Shown here: positions 13,735 through 26,785 of the stretch, one piece after another
How the letters are laid out: each line of letters opens with the position of its first letter
Position numbering within the stretch: position 1 is the first letter of the stretch
Translations under genes and position numbers: made by a program
The notes under the pieces: model-generated
Databases searched by the model: none
What the model saw: the letters and a program-made list of their open reading frames with translations, nothing else
What the model was told of the DNA's origin: nothing
Assembly (NCBI GenBank): GCA_029717555.1
Contig: JAMDHS010000056.1
Location: 1-64,000 of the forward strand
Source of the DNA: Peribolospora baueri
Lineage: Eukaryota
Direction of reading: 5' to 3'
DNA: 64,000 nucleotides

Positions 13735-13896
13735 TTCAGTCCTTTGATTCGAACCAGAGCGCCGGCAATATACAGTGATGACCGTCGTACTGATCCCAGT
13801 CGAGGAGGCCAACAGAACCGTTTCCTTCAGAAGGGCTAACTTTCTGGCTCGCTCGAGAGATTCAGACCCTTAAGAGCATCATTTGGATGGACTGAG
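13735..13896 (+). ncRNA. Candidate structured intergenic RNA or element of unknown family
   Basis: Terminal stem TCAGTCC/GGACTGA, extendable with G-U pairs on the + strand. Internal hairpins, box C-like GTGATGA (13775), CTGA (13790, 13892) and a B-box-like GGTTCGAATC on the - strand (~13746-13755). No known family recognised. Confidence 0.25.
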
Positions 13897-14215
13897 CGGG
13901 ACTGCGAGCTTGAGAAGGAAGTCCGTCGACGCTGTTTGTGTTGCTCGATGGTGCGAGGCCGGCCAAGCTGGAGAGATCCGCAGCGCCAGATTTGGAGTCC
14001 GCCGGCGCATCCGATCATTGACGACCGCGCTGGTCGACGACCGGAAGACCCTTCTCTCCCCCACCACCACCCTCACCCCTACTCTCTCTTCCTCCACCGT
14101 CCTTCATGCGAGGCGTCCCCTCTGGCCTCGCCACTACCTACCCCGACATCGACTCCTAGCCCCGACCATCGGCTGTGCCCCCAACTCGCCCTCGACGCCC
14201 TCGGTGACGACCACG

Positions 14216-17200
14216 ATGAGCACGGCACAAGAATCCAAGGCGATGGCGGCCTGGGTGGCTTCGTTTGCGCCGACGAGGAAGGTGGAGGACATGAGGGACC
14301 TCTGCGACGGTCAGGCGCTGTTTCAGGTTCTTGGCACCATGTAAGTGCAGAACGGCGTGGTGTGCATCGCAAGCACTCCACCCTCCGTCGCGGCGCCCGG
14401 CTCGGCTCGCCTCGATCGTCTCAGACGGCTCACTGTCTGTCTGTCCTCTTTTCCGTACACTTCCCGCGTCCCCGTCCTCTTTCGTGACCAAGTGATGGTC
14501 AAGCCTTTCAAAATCCAATCTCGTCCGAGACGCTGGCAGCGGATACCTGGGTCCACCGGTTCAACCGCCTCAAACGCCTATACAAGCTCCTGACGCACTA
14601 GTACGTCCTTTCCTTCTCGCCTCGCCCCTTTCCTTTTCCCCGATCCTTTCCGGTCAACTTTCAGATAGCCCCGTCGTTCTTCCTCACGGCCACAGCTGAG
14701 CTGAGCTTCTGTCTTCCTTCGTATGCTCGCACACTCCTTCATCCCTCGCTCGACCTGGTGAATCTCGCGTCCGTCGTTCTGATCGACCACCAGCTACGTT
14801 GAGATCCTCCAGGCGAACACCTCCACGCTAGACGTGCCGAATTTGCAGGCCATCGCCAAGGACTATGATGAGGACGAGTGTCTTAAATTGTGCCGTATCG
14901 CGCTGTGCTTGGCCGTTCAAAGCGACAAGAAGGAGGTGCCGATCCAGAAAATTCAAAGCTTGGAGGAGATGGATCAGCATGCCCTTATGAGGGCCATTGA
15001 ACAGGTGAAGCCCGGCGGGTCTTTTCCGACAAAAGCTTGGTCGCTGGAAAGTCGTTGATGGATGCTTGTCCTGGTGTCTTTATTGTTTGGTCGCTTTCGC
15101 CTCGCCCTCAGGTCATGTTGAGAGTCAGCGCGTCGAACGAGGCCAGGGAGCCGTCGGCTGAAGGAATGATCGAGTGAGTCCTATTCTGCTTGTCGTGCGG
15201 CCTCCGGTCAAAATCTCACCGGGAATGTGACCAATGTTCGCAATAACTGCCGTACATGCAGGGATGACGAGTACTACCAAGCGCAATACGATAGGAGTCG
15301 GATGGTCGTAGAGAAGGAGACGTTGGAAGGGGTGTACCAGCAGTTGCTAGAGGAGCATCGCAAGCTGCAAACCAGTTTTGTGAGTTCCTCTTGCTCCCAC
15401 CTCTCCGTCGACCAGTCAAAACCTTCCGCCCTCCTATTTGACTGACCGATGCTTTGACGTGATCCCCGCCTCCTAGGATGACATCACAGCCGAGAGGGAC
15501 GATGCGCTCTCCCAAGTCACTTCGCTCCGCCGTGACGTCGAGGCAGGTCGGAACGACAAGTCGGATTCGATGCTGAGGGCCGAGGTGGACAAATTGCGGT
15601 CCGACTTGTGAGTGTCGGGGCTGACCGTCCCGAGCGGCTCAGCTGGCCGATTCGCGGGTTTGGACTTATGTCGAGCTGAATGCGCGGGTTTGTCCCTTCG
15701 CCTGCCTGTACAGGCAAAAGAGCGAGGACAGCTTGGGTTTGGCGGAGCAGGACTTGGAGCGTCAAGGTCGCAAGATCGAGGAGCTCCAGCGAAAGGTGGG
15801 TGGTGAATCATACTCTTGTCGTCTTCCCGCAGAGGCATCTCACCCCCCCGTCTGTGCGCTCATGTTGACAGGCCGACGACGCCAGGCGACTTACGGAGGA
15901 GAACACGAAACTCCACGATCGCGTCGATGAGCTCAAGCATGCGGCCGACCAGTACAAAAAGTCTGGCAACGTCGCGGAGAAGTACAAGAAGAAGCTGGAA
16001 GAGGCCGCGGACGTGCGCCGGCAGCTGAAGGTGGGCTCCATCCACTTCACACCCTCTCTTTCGAAGATCCTTAATTCTCGCATCCATACTGAAAGCGTCT
16101 GCATCCGTCTTCGCTTCTCTTTTTTCGTAGGAACTGGAGGAGCAGAACGCCGAGCTCGTCGACCGCAACGCTTCATTGGAAGACGAGTACCGCAAGGTGT
16201 CGGCCTTCAAGCCGCTGATGGAGTCGTACAAGAACCAGATCGCCGAGTTGGAGACGAAGTGCTCGAACCTAACGCGCGACTCGAACACATTGCGATACGA
16301 GCTCGACCAGACGCGGGAGAAGCTGCGTGTTGCTGAAGAGGAGCGGACGAAAGAGGCAGAGGCAGTGGAGCTGTACGAGGAACGCGTCAAGGAGCTTGAG
16401 CTTGGTGGTCCAGCGGCTGTGATGGCGAAGAGGAAGCCGAAACGGGATGAAGCTGAGTATGGTGTGGACGACGGGGCGACAGAGATGGACGAAGAAGACG
16501 AAGATGAGGATGAGGATTCTGCGGACATTGGCGGAGAGATCGACGACGCCCTCCACGGCACGACGATGACGGACCTCAAGATCAAGGTGCGCAAGCTCAC
16601 GCGCGAACTCGAGGCCGCCAAGGCGAACAAGGCGGACGCCTCGAGGATACTCGTGCTGGAGAACCTTTTGGAGGATGCGAACAGGATGAAGTCGAGGTAT
16701 GAGACTGACTGGCTCAAGGAGCACCAGGAGAAGCTCAAGATCCAGTCGGAGCTCGAGACCATCCGGGCAGGAAAGTCCAACTTTGCTGACGGGTGAGTGC
16801 CGGACGAGAGAAGGTAGCGCAGGCCAAATAATGGCGGGTCCAACCCACGGCTGGCTGACATGGTCACATCTTGTTTCGTTCTGTTCTTGCAGACCGGAAG
16901 CCGCCTTCGCTCTCCGCAAGCGCCTCAACGAAACCGTCGATGAGGTGGACCGGCTGAAGCGGGACCTCGCAGATCTGCAGAACAAGCATGAAAGGACGGC
17001 CAATGAGCTCACGGTGGCCAAGTCGGATCGTAAGTCGTTCTCGCGGACTGGCCGCTTGTTGTGTCTTTGATGTCATTCGAAGACATTCTCGTCGCTCGAT
17101 CGCACCCACACTGACTTGAGCGCCTCGTCTTCTCCGGTAACAGTGACTTTGGTGAACAAGGACCAGCTCGAGATTCTCCAGTCCTTGCGCGAAAGCGTAT

Positions 17201-18380
17201 CCGCCGAGAAGGCCGATTTGGAGAGGGACGTCCAGAGGCTCCGTTCGGAGAACCGGGTGCTGGAAGACAAGAACCGGATGCAGCTCGACCAGGTCAACAA
17301 GCTGCTGATGGAGAAGATTGATCTGCAGAGCGAAGGGCTCACTCAGCGGGAGAAGATGTTGGCTAGGGAGAGGGATATGGGGTATGTTTCTCTTCCCACC
17401 GTGTTCTCGTGTTTCATCGTCCATTGGGTTAGGACTCATCGCCACTTAAATTTACGTCTTCTTCTTCGATGCGGTACCTACCTTCCCTGTGCGCTCTCGC
17501 CCCTCTTGTGCGACATTACAGACAACTCCGGGCGTCTTTGGCCGGCAAAGCTATTCCGGAGGAGGCGAGGTCGCTTATCGCCGCTTTGCAAGAGGAGAGG
17601 GCCCAGCTGCAAGACGAAAACAGAGTACAGCAGCAGAAGCTCGAGAAAGCAAAGGAGGTGAGTGAGCGGCTCTTCTTGTGGGCAAGCGTGCCTCGGCGAA
17701 CGCTACCTGTATCCGTTCGAGCTGACGTTGTAATGTGCCCATTTCGTGCTTATCACTCGGCATCCCATGGCGGGTTTTAAAAGATGTTGAAAGAGGCTCA
17801 GACCAACAACGTCGCATCTTCCAGCGGTGCCTTCGAAGAGGCAGAGCGGTCCTTCAAGGCGCAGATAGCTCAGCTGAAGGAGGAGCTCGACCGACGAAAG
17901 GTGAGCCTCTTTGTTCTATCTCCTTTTTTTTCGTGCATTCCGACGCTCCTTTCTATTGTTCCAACAACACGAAACAAAAGTGGAAAGGCTACTGACCCCC
18001 GAATGAATTTATCGCTTTGTTCATACTCCCTTTCATTCACTCTCAGCGCACGTACCGCGAGGGAGAGTCCCGCCATCGCTTGGAACAGCAGTTGGTGATG
18101 TCCGCCTGGTACGACCTCGGCTTGCGCAACATGCAGATGGCCGCCGGCGGGCAACATCAACGAGGGGCCGCCGCCGCACCTAACTCTTGGCTTGCACAAC
18201 AGCGTAAGAATGTGAGTGGATGAACTTGACGTGAACTTTGGCCAACTGTCGTATGCACTCGCTGCTAGAAGCACCTCACCGCGGAAGTGCAGGGAGACGC
18301 CAACGAACCGATCGTCGTCCTTTTTCTTTTTCTTCCTTCACCATGCACAGATGGGTTCCAGCCTCAACTTCCCCCGTTAG
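14216..18380 (+). CDS. hok1: HOOK family dynein/kinesin-3 adaptor (Hok1/HookA-like)
   Basis: N-terminal HOOK domain (DLCDGQALFQVL, WVHRFNRLKRLYKLL, PNLQAIAKD), long coiled coil, VAEKYKKKLEE, ILVLENLLEDANRMK and C-terminal EQQLVMSAWYDLG / SWLAQQR. Multi-exon. Confidence 0.92.
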
Positions 18381-18800
18381 ACAAGAGCGTCTCCTTCCTT
18401 GTCCTTTGTCTCTCGCTCCGGCTTGGCTTTTCACGATATCCGTAGATATCACAGTCCAGGAGTCCGTCCTTTGGTTGCTTTTTGGAAAGACGCTCGCGTC
18501 GACCTCGTCACATTTTCTTGTCCTTAGTAGGAGCAGTTACCCGTCTTTTCTTGTATGCCCCTTACCCATACCCGAAGTAATTCAAGATGTAAGGCTTCCT
18601 TCCACCGAAAGCATCCCTGAGCTCGTGTTTCCTGCTACCGATTTTGTCGCGCGGTCGAAGCGGCCAAGAAGCACTCAGAGGCGCAGGTGTGTCGATTGTA
18701 TGGCCATTTCCCAACCTTGCAATCTGCGTGCTCTTGCAGCTTGAGACTCTTCGCAACATGACGTTGTGTGCTGTAGCTCTTCGCCAGCGAGTCGCTGAAC

Positions 18801-18830
18801 CGACGCGGCGCGGCGCGTAAAGTGACGCGC
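18801..18830. promoter_or_regulatory. Cluster of MCB-like (ACGCG/CGCG) elements upstream of the RAD57-like gene
   Basis: cgACGCGgCGCGgCGCGTaaagtgACGCGc about 80-110 nt upstream of the ATG. MCB-type sites are typical of fungal DNA repair genes. Confidence 0.35.
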
Positions 18831-18910
18831 AGAATGCGCATGGCTGCTTTGGTTTTCGCCCGCATTCCAAGGCCACATTCACCACTCACACTCCTCCTCC
18901 ATGCTTCTCC

Positions 18911-20444
18911 ATGTCACACGATGACCTCGCAGCCAGGCTCGAGCACTCGGTAGAATGGCTTCTCGGCACGGGAGAACATGATTTGGACGAGCTGCTTGGG
19001 GGCGGCATCAGGCCCGGAGTAGTGACGGAGCTGGTGGGAGAGAGGCGAGTGCGCCCCGTTGGATCTTACCTCTTCCGTTTGGGCGTTGGGCTCAACACTC
19101 TCTCCCTCGTTGTCGTCCCCATCTATATCATGTAGTGCTTCCGGAAAGACCCAAATCTCGCTTCAACTCGCCGTTCACACCGTACTCGGGCCTCCGGCAG
19201 TCGATTCGTCCCCTCCCGGTAGTACCGCCGTCGGCGCGGACTCTTCCTTATTCACTCCTCGACGCCTTCGCGGCGGCATCGTCCTCTTGACATCGGAAGG
19301 GGAGGCTGTGGCGCGGGCGAAAGTGTGGCGGCTGATGGGGATTGCCGAACATGAAGTTCGTCGTCGATTCCTTGGCGGGATGGCAAGCGAGGGGATGGAA
19401 GACACGGACGGTCGAGATGCACTTGACGTTCGACGAGGTCTTGACGAAGTACTGCAGAACGTCCATGTCACACCTGTGGCCGACCTGGACACGTTGGAAC
19501 ATATTTTGCTCTACCACCTTCCAGCCGCTATCTCCCGTTTCGCCGTCCCATCTGCCTCTACCCAGGCCCCTGGTCCTGACGCCCCTCAGTCCATGCCGTC
19601 GTCGAGCCAACCCCGTAGCCTTCCCATCCGCCTGGTCATCCTCGACTCCCTCGCCTCCCTTTTCAGACCCACCTTTGAGGGCTCCATGCCCAGCATGATC
19701 CAACGTTCTCGAGTGCTGAGCGACGTGGGAGACAGGCTCAAGCGCCTGGCGGTCATGGGCGACTCGATCGGCCTCGCAATCGTCGTCGTCAACCAAGTCA
19801 CCGACGTCTTCGAGCGGGAAACCAAGCTCCACACCGCGCCGCCCAGTCCGGGTGGACTGTCTTCGACGGCCAGAGAACCTTCCTGCACCGACACTATGTA
19901 CTCGCGTAGTCTTCAACACACACCCGCTATGGCGTTCGCTGTCCAATCCCCTTTCTTTTCCGGACAAATGGCAAGCGAAGCCAGCGGGGCGCCGGGGAGG
20001 GCCAAAGTGGCTTCCTTGGGCCTCGTATGGGCCAACTGCGTCAACGTGAGGCTCATGCTGAGCAGGACGAGCCACCGTGTCCCGCTGGAAAGATTGGGTT
20101 TGAGCTCGATGGAAGGAGGACGTGAGGGCTCGGCAAGGCCTGAGGTCGATACCACGTGCCTCGTGCGAAGAGTGTCGCTCGTGTTCTCCCCTTTCTCCCC
20201 CTCCGATCGATCAATCGACATGGTCATTCTTTCCAGCGGCGTGCGTGCCGTCCCCGATACGCTCAGGTATCTCATCCCGCCTCGCCCTCCGGTTCGCCTC
20301 ATGGCTGGTCTCAATGAGCAAACATCAAACACGGGCGCCATAATCGAAGCCCCTGCCCCGCTCTCGTTCGAGGAATGGGAGGAAGGTGAAGAGGAGGAAG
20401 ACGACATGTTTTTCGAACTGCTTGAAGATTCCGTGAGCGTCTAA
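18911..20444 (+). CDS. RAD57: Rad51 paralog, RAD57/XRCC3-like
   Basis: TGEHDLDELLGGGIRPGVVTELVGE/SASGKTQ (Walker A split by an intron at ~19044-19135), LVILDSLA (Walker B), VVVNQVTD and SLGLVWANCVNVRLMLSRT. Confidence 0.85.
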
Positions 20445-20616
20445 TGTACGAGCTTTATATGAAGTTAGATAATGTATCAGTCTTTCTGTCGTCGTCTTTC
20501 GGTTCTGTATGATGCTCTTTTGACCTGGCCGTTGCCACTACGCCGAGATCCCATCGTGACGTTACGTGAAGGTCGTGATATTTCCATTTTCGCACATGTC
20601 GTTCTGCCCTCTCCCG

Positions 20617-23600
20617 CTACAGATACGACATGGACGACGAGTATTCCCAATGCCGTCCCCACCACCTTTATAGGCAAATGCGCGATTAGCGGGAAGACCG
20701 AGAGTCGCTCCATGAAATCATATAGATGCAACGAATGGGACAAAGACGACTTACCCAGCCGCCAATATCCCGCCCGCCCCTTTCCACTCAGCCTCTCTGC
20801 TAATGACGGCTGCGTACACGTGGAAAACAGCAAAGAACGCCAGTCAGCTCGAAGCCGAAGACAGGCTGATCACCGTGACGTGTTTGTAAGCAGACGACGT
20901 ACCCCATTCTGGCAAAGGCGAACGGGTGAAAGGCATGCGGCTCGCTCAAGTCCAGCTGCATCGGTCCCGCTCAGAACAAGAGCCAACGAGGATTGTGTAG
21001 TCGGATGAGGGTGAAGGAATAAAAGACCTGCAGCAGAGAACCAAGAAAAGTTAGGCTTCGACATAACACACCAGTGTCGCCAGTCTTGCCAGCGTACGCA
21101 CCTGTTCCAGGGGCATCAAAAGTACGTCCTTGTATGGAAAAGTGACCACGAGCAGGGAAGGAGACTATGACAAAGATGAGATGACATAAAAAGGATAAAG
21201 CTGTCGGTACCTTGTCTTCACTTACATGGGCTAGGCGCTTCAGTCAGGAGCCTTTCAGCAAAGGCGTTCTCGTGAGGCCCTCCTAGCACCAGCAAATTGC
21301 CGCGCTCTAGGGCTTTCCTGCTCGACGTGGACCCACTCGACCAGGTGCTCAGCACTTCCCAGTCCCACAACACCTCACTATCGACGCGACCATAGAGGAC
21401 ACAGTCGAGAGCAAACCTCTGCGCGATAGAGGCGTACTGCGCAATTAAAGCTGACGAGAGCGGCTGAGCAGATGAGCCGGTTGGGAGAACGATCTGGATT
21501 GGCCCAGGCGTGGAGAGGAAGCGTCCGACAGGACCGAGAGGCCGGGTCGCAGGCACGGCATCATTGGAGGTCGTTACGGGCTACATGTTTGATGATTGCA
21601 GCAAAGGTGAGCAGTTGACCCTAAGATCTAAAAGACACTCTTGTCCCTGAACGCTCTTACCCACTTTCCACACCTTGCCTTCCCTCGTGAGTAACACCGT
21701 GCCATCATCCTGGCGATAGGTGGACAGCTGTCCGATGCTCGCTTGAATACCATCGATGGTGATTACCTTGAAGGCTTCATCGAGGAGACGAGAATCGAAT
21801 GAGAGCCGCCTTACATTCCGCGTCAACACCATGATGTGCCTTCCTTCAAATGATCCCCAACGGCGAACCTGAACAGAAGACAGTCTGTAGGATAATGACA
21901 ATGTTCAGTGCAACAACGTGACTCGGTCCCAAAGCGGAGCATCCCACGTCCACAAAACAAAATCACTCACCTCCCCGGGACGTCAACCTCGACTACCCTT
22001 ATGCCACCCTTACCTTCACATTCACTCGGATTGGCTACGATGAGCGTGTACTCGTCGGGGATGTCGGGAAGGCGATAACCTGGATTGTGCGTCCCTGAGC
22101 AGCGCGCATCCAGAAGGTTCTGCACGTCATCCTCGAGCAACACCTCGTCCCACCAATGTTCCTTCCATTGCACCTCGGATAAGCTGAAGATCCCAATGAA
22201 AAGATGCTTTCAGCTTCTAGTCAGCGAGTCTCTTCATTGTTTGGGACACACCTTGCAGCTGAAACGATAGCTTGCCAAGCATTGACTGGTGCCCTCACGT
22301 CGCGACTGTGCCATGTTGGGACGTTGTCATCCTCGGACCCATACTTGACGAGGATGGGCAGGCCGGCGAGGTTGCTGTGCATGCGAACGCAATAAAGTAC
22401 CATTATGATTTACCTGCTTCTTACCAACCTAGACCTAGAGAGGGCTCATCTTACCTCGCGTGCAAGTCATTGTCGAACATTGAAAGCGAGCTCATCAGAA
22501 CCTGGTCGAAGTAAGTGAGCGGACGAACAACAGGGATCAGGTAGCGCACACGAGAGAGTGTGCATGTGAACTCACTCCGGTCAAAGACGGATCGATATAA
22601 TGTCTATCCAAATGCCAGTTGTATGGAACGTAGTCTTGAATTTTAATGTATCTAGCAGCGACGACGCCTGGATGTCGAGGGCAACGCGATAGGGCCCTGA
22701 GGTTAGCTAAGCCTTCCCCATAATAATAGATTTGATGCACAGGCGCAGAATGGACGACAGCACATACCTCCCATCACTTTGTCGCTCAACCTGCCTGTCA
22801 TATACCAGGCTCCTTGGCCACCCTTGCTGTGCCCGACAACCATTACCCTCTTCGGATTAAAAGCCCATCGCAGCCTTTCCTCCTCCGACAATGTGGGCGA
22901 GATGCCATACAGATGTTCAGAGAGAGTCTCGATAGATGAGACGGCCGAGAGCATGGAAGGCGAAGGTCGTAGCCCCTAAAAGCATTCTCACATAAGCCCT
23001 ACACACCGTCCTTACGCCGGACATCTGCACAAAAGAGGCGGCGCTCACCAAGACGTGCGACCGCTTGGCATGACAACCCAAGCCTCCCGCTGTCTACGAA
23101 GAGCCTTTCGCATCATCGGCCCTTCCGCCTCGACGCCAGCGCCGTGCAGGACGAGTACAACAGGCGGAAGGGAGATGCCGCCGTCATTCCGAGAAGCTGG
23201 TGCAAATGGCGGGATCGCTACCGCCCGCTGAAGAGTGCCATCCGACGCCAGATGCGTAAAGTCAAAGCTGGCGTCCTCACGGTCTGAGTCTGTACCTAGA
23301 CTTGGAGTTGAACGAGATCGTAGTGGTATGAAGACATGCAAACGCCTGGTAAAGGAACACTTCGTTCCTTTCTTCCGTTCATGCGATGGCAGTCCCGTGT
23401 TCTTAACGGTGATATGCAATCCTAGCCGCTTAAGGTCTCCGGTGAGCCCACGGCAAAGGTTGATCTGTATCGGAAGAGGGCGGACTTGACCTGGAGCGAG
23501 GCGGACGGGGGAACGGGCAAGTGCGACATGCAGTCCCTTCAGATGAAGGCAGAGAGTGGAGAGACGTGACTGTGAGAAGCGATGCTTCATTGGACCCAAA

Positions 23601-25033
23601 GACACCCACAAGAGGCAGACTGGCTGACTTACTTGAACGTTGTCCGACAAGGATACATCTAGAACTTCTTCCCACCTGTTTCCTCCATTGAGCACGCCCA
23701 CCGAGCCCCCATCCGGCGAACCAACCGTCTACGACGTCTGGTACGATCATCAGTGGTCCTTTCCGAATTTGCACGGGCTCAATCTCCATGGTACAGACTG
23801 TCCCTACAACTGTATCCGCCGGACTGTCGTTTCGCGTTAGTTGCTGAGCCGCTCCTTGACGTTCAGTGCACTGGCAAACTGTTTCTTGGGCTTGTAGCTC
23901 GCAGACACTGGCAAAAGGCTTCACTACCGCAATGTTTTCCAATGAGGCCGGGGTGGAGGATAGACGATGAACCGTCGCATCTTGGCCCCGATCCGCCCTT
24001 GCCGACAATTCCTCCAACGCGAGCTGGAAGCTGATCTGAGGGCTGCCCACCCTATCTCCTGGGTCACCGAAGATGCGTATCTCACATTGAGCGCGAACAA
24101 GGACGGTGTAGGTGGCGCTGGCCTTGAGATGTAGGATGTGCGTTACCGGCAACGGCTCAGTGTTTGCGTTGTAGCTATACTAGAGAGCTAAGAGGGGACA
24201 AGTGTGATGTGATCCGGGTTGTTGGGACTCGCTGTCGTCTCGGTCAGAGTCAGACGTAGCGAATTGTTCTCTCACCCAATCACCGCTGTATCATGGTAAC
24301 ACAGTGAGATTGCTGTCCACTCCTCCATCAGCCTGAGGAACGATGGCGAACTCGGCACCTCGGAGTAGGGCGGCAGCGACTTATATCGATCGCTCTCCGG
24401 ACCTGCCAGGAGCGACCCTGAGGGTGGGCCGAAAGAGAGCCTGATATTGAAGGGACTGCCAGCCAGCTGTTCTTTGAAGCGTGCTCCAGCTGAGCGGACG
24501 GGGACCCTTGTCAGGCAGCTGGCAAGAAGGGTCAAGAATTGCTTCCTGCATGCTCACTCGGCGTCCTCGTAGCTCAACTTCGCGGACCAACCCTCTCCCA
24601 CTCGTATAGACCTCCAGCCCGCCTCGCCTCTCTTCCCGTACGACGACGGAAATCGACCGTTCTCATCGTAGGGCAACTGGGAAAAGTCGAAGAGGGACTG
24701 GTTGGGGAAGAATGCGCAAGGAGGGCATGCTCCGAAAGGGAGCTCTCTCATGCCGCTGCAGACAAGGTGACATGAAAGCTAGGTAAACCCCGCTACTTCG
24801 CCATTGCAGATGTACGGGGCAGTGTCCTCTCACCCCGGAAAAGGACCAAGACCTAAAGCATTGAAGCACATAGCCATTCGGACATTGCGTGACTTCTAAG
24901 AGCCAGAATGAAGTGTTCTGGCGGATGACACCGGCCGTTGACGGTTGTTCCCACAAACGTCATTTATCTGATCGCCGACCCTCCGATTCCAGTTCGGCCC
25001 ATCTTCATCCCATCCATGACCAACATGGTGCAT
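20617..25033 (-). pseudogene. Decayed multi-exon alpha/beta-hydrolase (peptidase S9-like, fungal GHSxGGQG family)
   Basis: Recognisable motifs LGPFP, GWQSLQ, LHGAGVE, GRTSWGYD, GHSKGGQGAW, YIKIQDYVPY, GSEDDNVPTWHSR, HWW and TRNVRR. In-frame stops at 24381-24383 (TAA) and 24291-24293 (TGA). Frameshifts at ~23700, ~22963 and ~20915. The 5' end is approximate. Confidence 0.8.
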
Positions 25034-25377
25034 GCTAGGCCCGACTCTATCACTCTTCAGGGTCTTCGTGTTGACTGTGAATGTGGCGGGTGGATGTGGC
25101 GCGGATGCTCGCTGCGCAGTTGCCCTTCAGCAAAGGCCCTCCTCCCATGCGTCAGGATGAATCGCTCGAGTTTGGCAGGTTCTGGGAGGTGATTGTCTGT
25201 CGTGTCGCGCACTCACATGTCGGTCGCCCGACGCGAGACGACGTGATCAGCAGTCCTCTCAGCCTAGCAGGTCATACATGTCACAGGTACAAAGTGGGCC
25301 ATAATAGGCAAGCGAGGAAAAGATGACGGGCATGAGAGGCATGAGAGTAATCCACAACGGGATGAAGGGGAGTGCGT

Positions 25378-26529
<1,152 letters not shown>

Positions 26530-26609
26530 TTTGAATCTTGAGTGCGAATCGCGTTGGTGTGAGGACGACGGGGGCGTGTTTGATGGTGGAAGGAACCCAC
26601 TCGGCGGGC

Positions 26610-26690
26610 TGTAACCCTACGTCGAACACATTTGCTGGCACGTGTAAAACTGTATGCGCCGCAGCAGCCAACATGACATTTGTAACCCTA
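26610..26690. promoter_or_regulatory. Two TGTAACCCTA telobox-like motifs in the RPS23/MFS divergent promoter
   Basis: Identical 10-mers at 26610-26619 and 26681-26690. Confidence 0.5.
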
Positions 26691-26785
26691 GCCTTGGACC
26701 ATTCGCCCGCTACGCTCCGAGTCGCGAGTGAGAACGGAAGCTGAGTGGATCTACCAAGGCTGAGCAGATAAGATACGACTCACCC

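Noticed and set aside
13735..13896. tRNA gene suggested by GGTTCGAATC and a 7-bp terminal stem
   Set aside because: The T-stem does not pair properly and no D-arm or anticodon arm can be built. Kept only as an unknown structured element.
24291..24383. Stop-codon reassignment or readthrough (TGA=Trp, TAA=Gln) in the hydrolase gene
   Set aside because: The same gene has three frameshifts, and other genes in the window use TGA and TAA as normal stops.
26610..26690. Telomerase RNA template or interstitial telomere
   Set aside because: Only two isolated 10-mers in a short divergent promoter; a transcription-factor site is more parsimonious.
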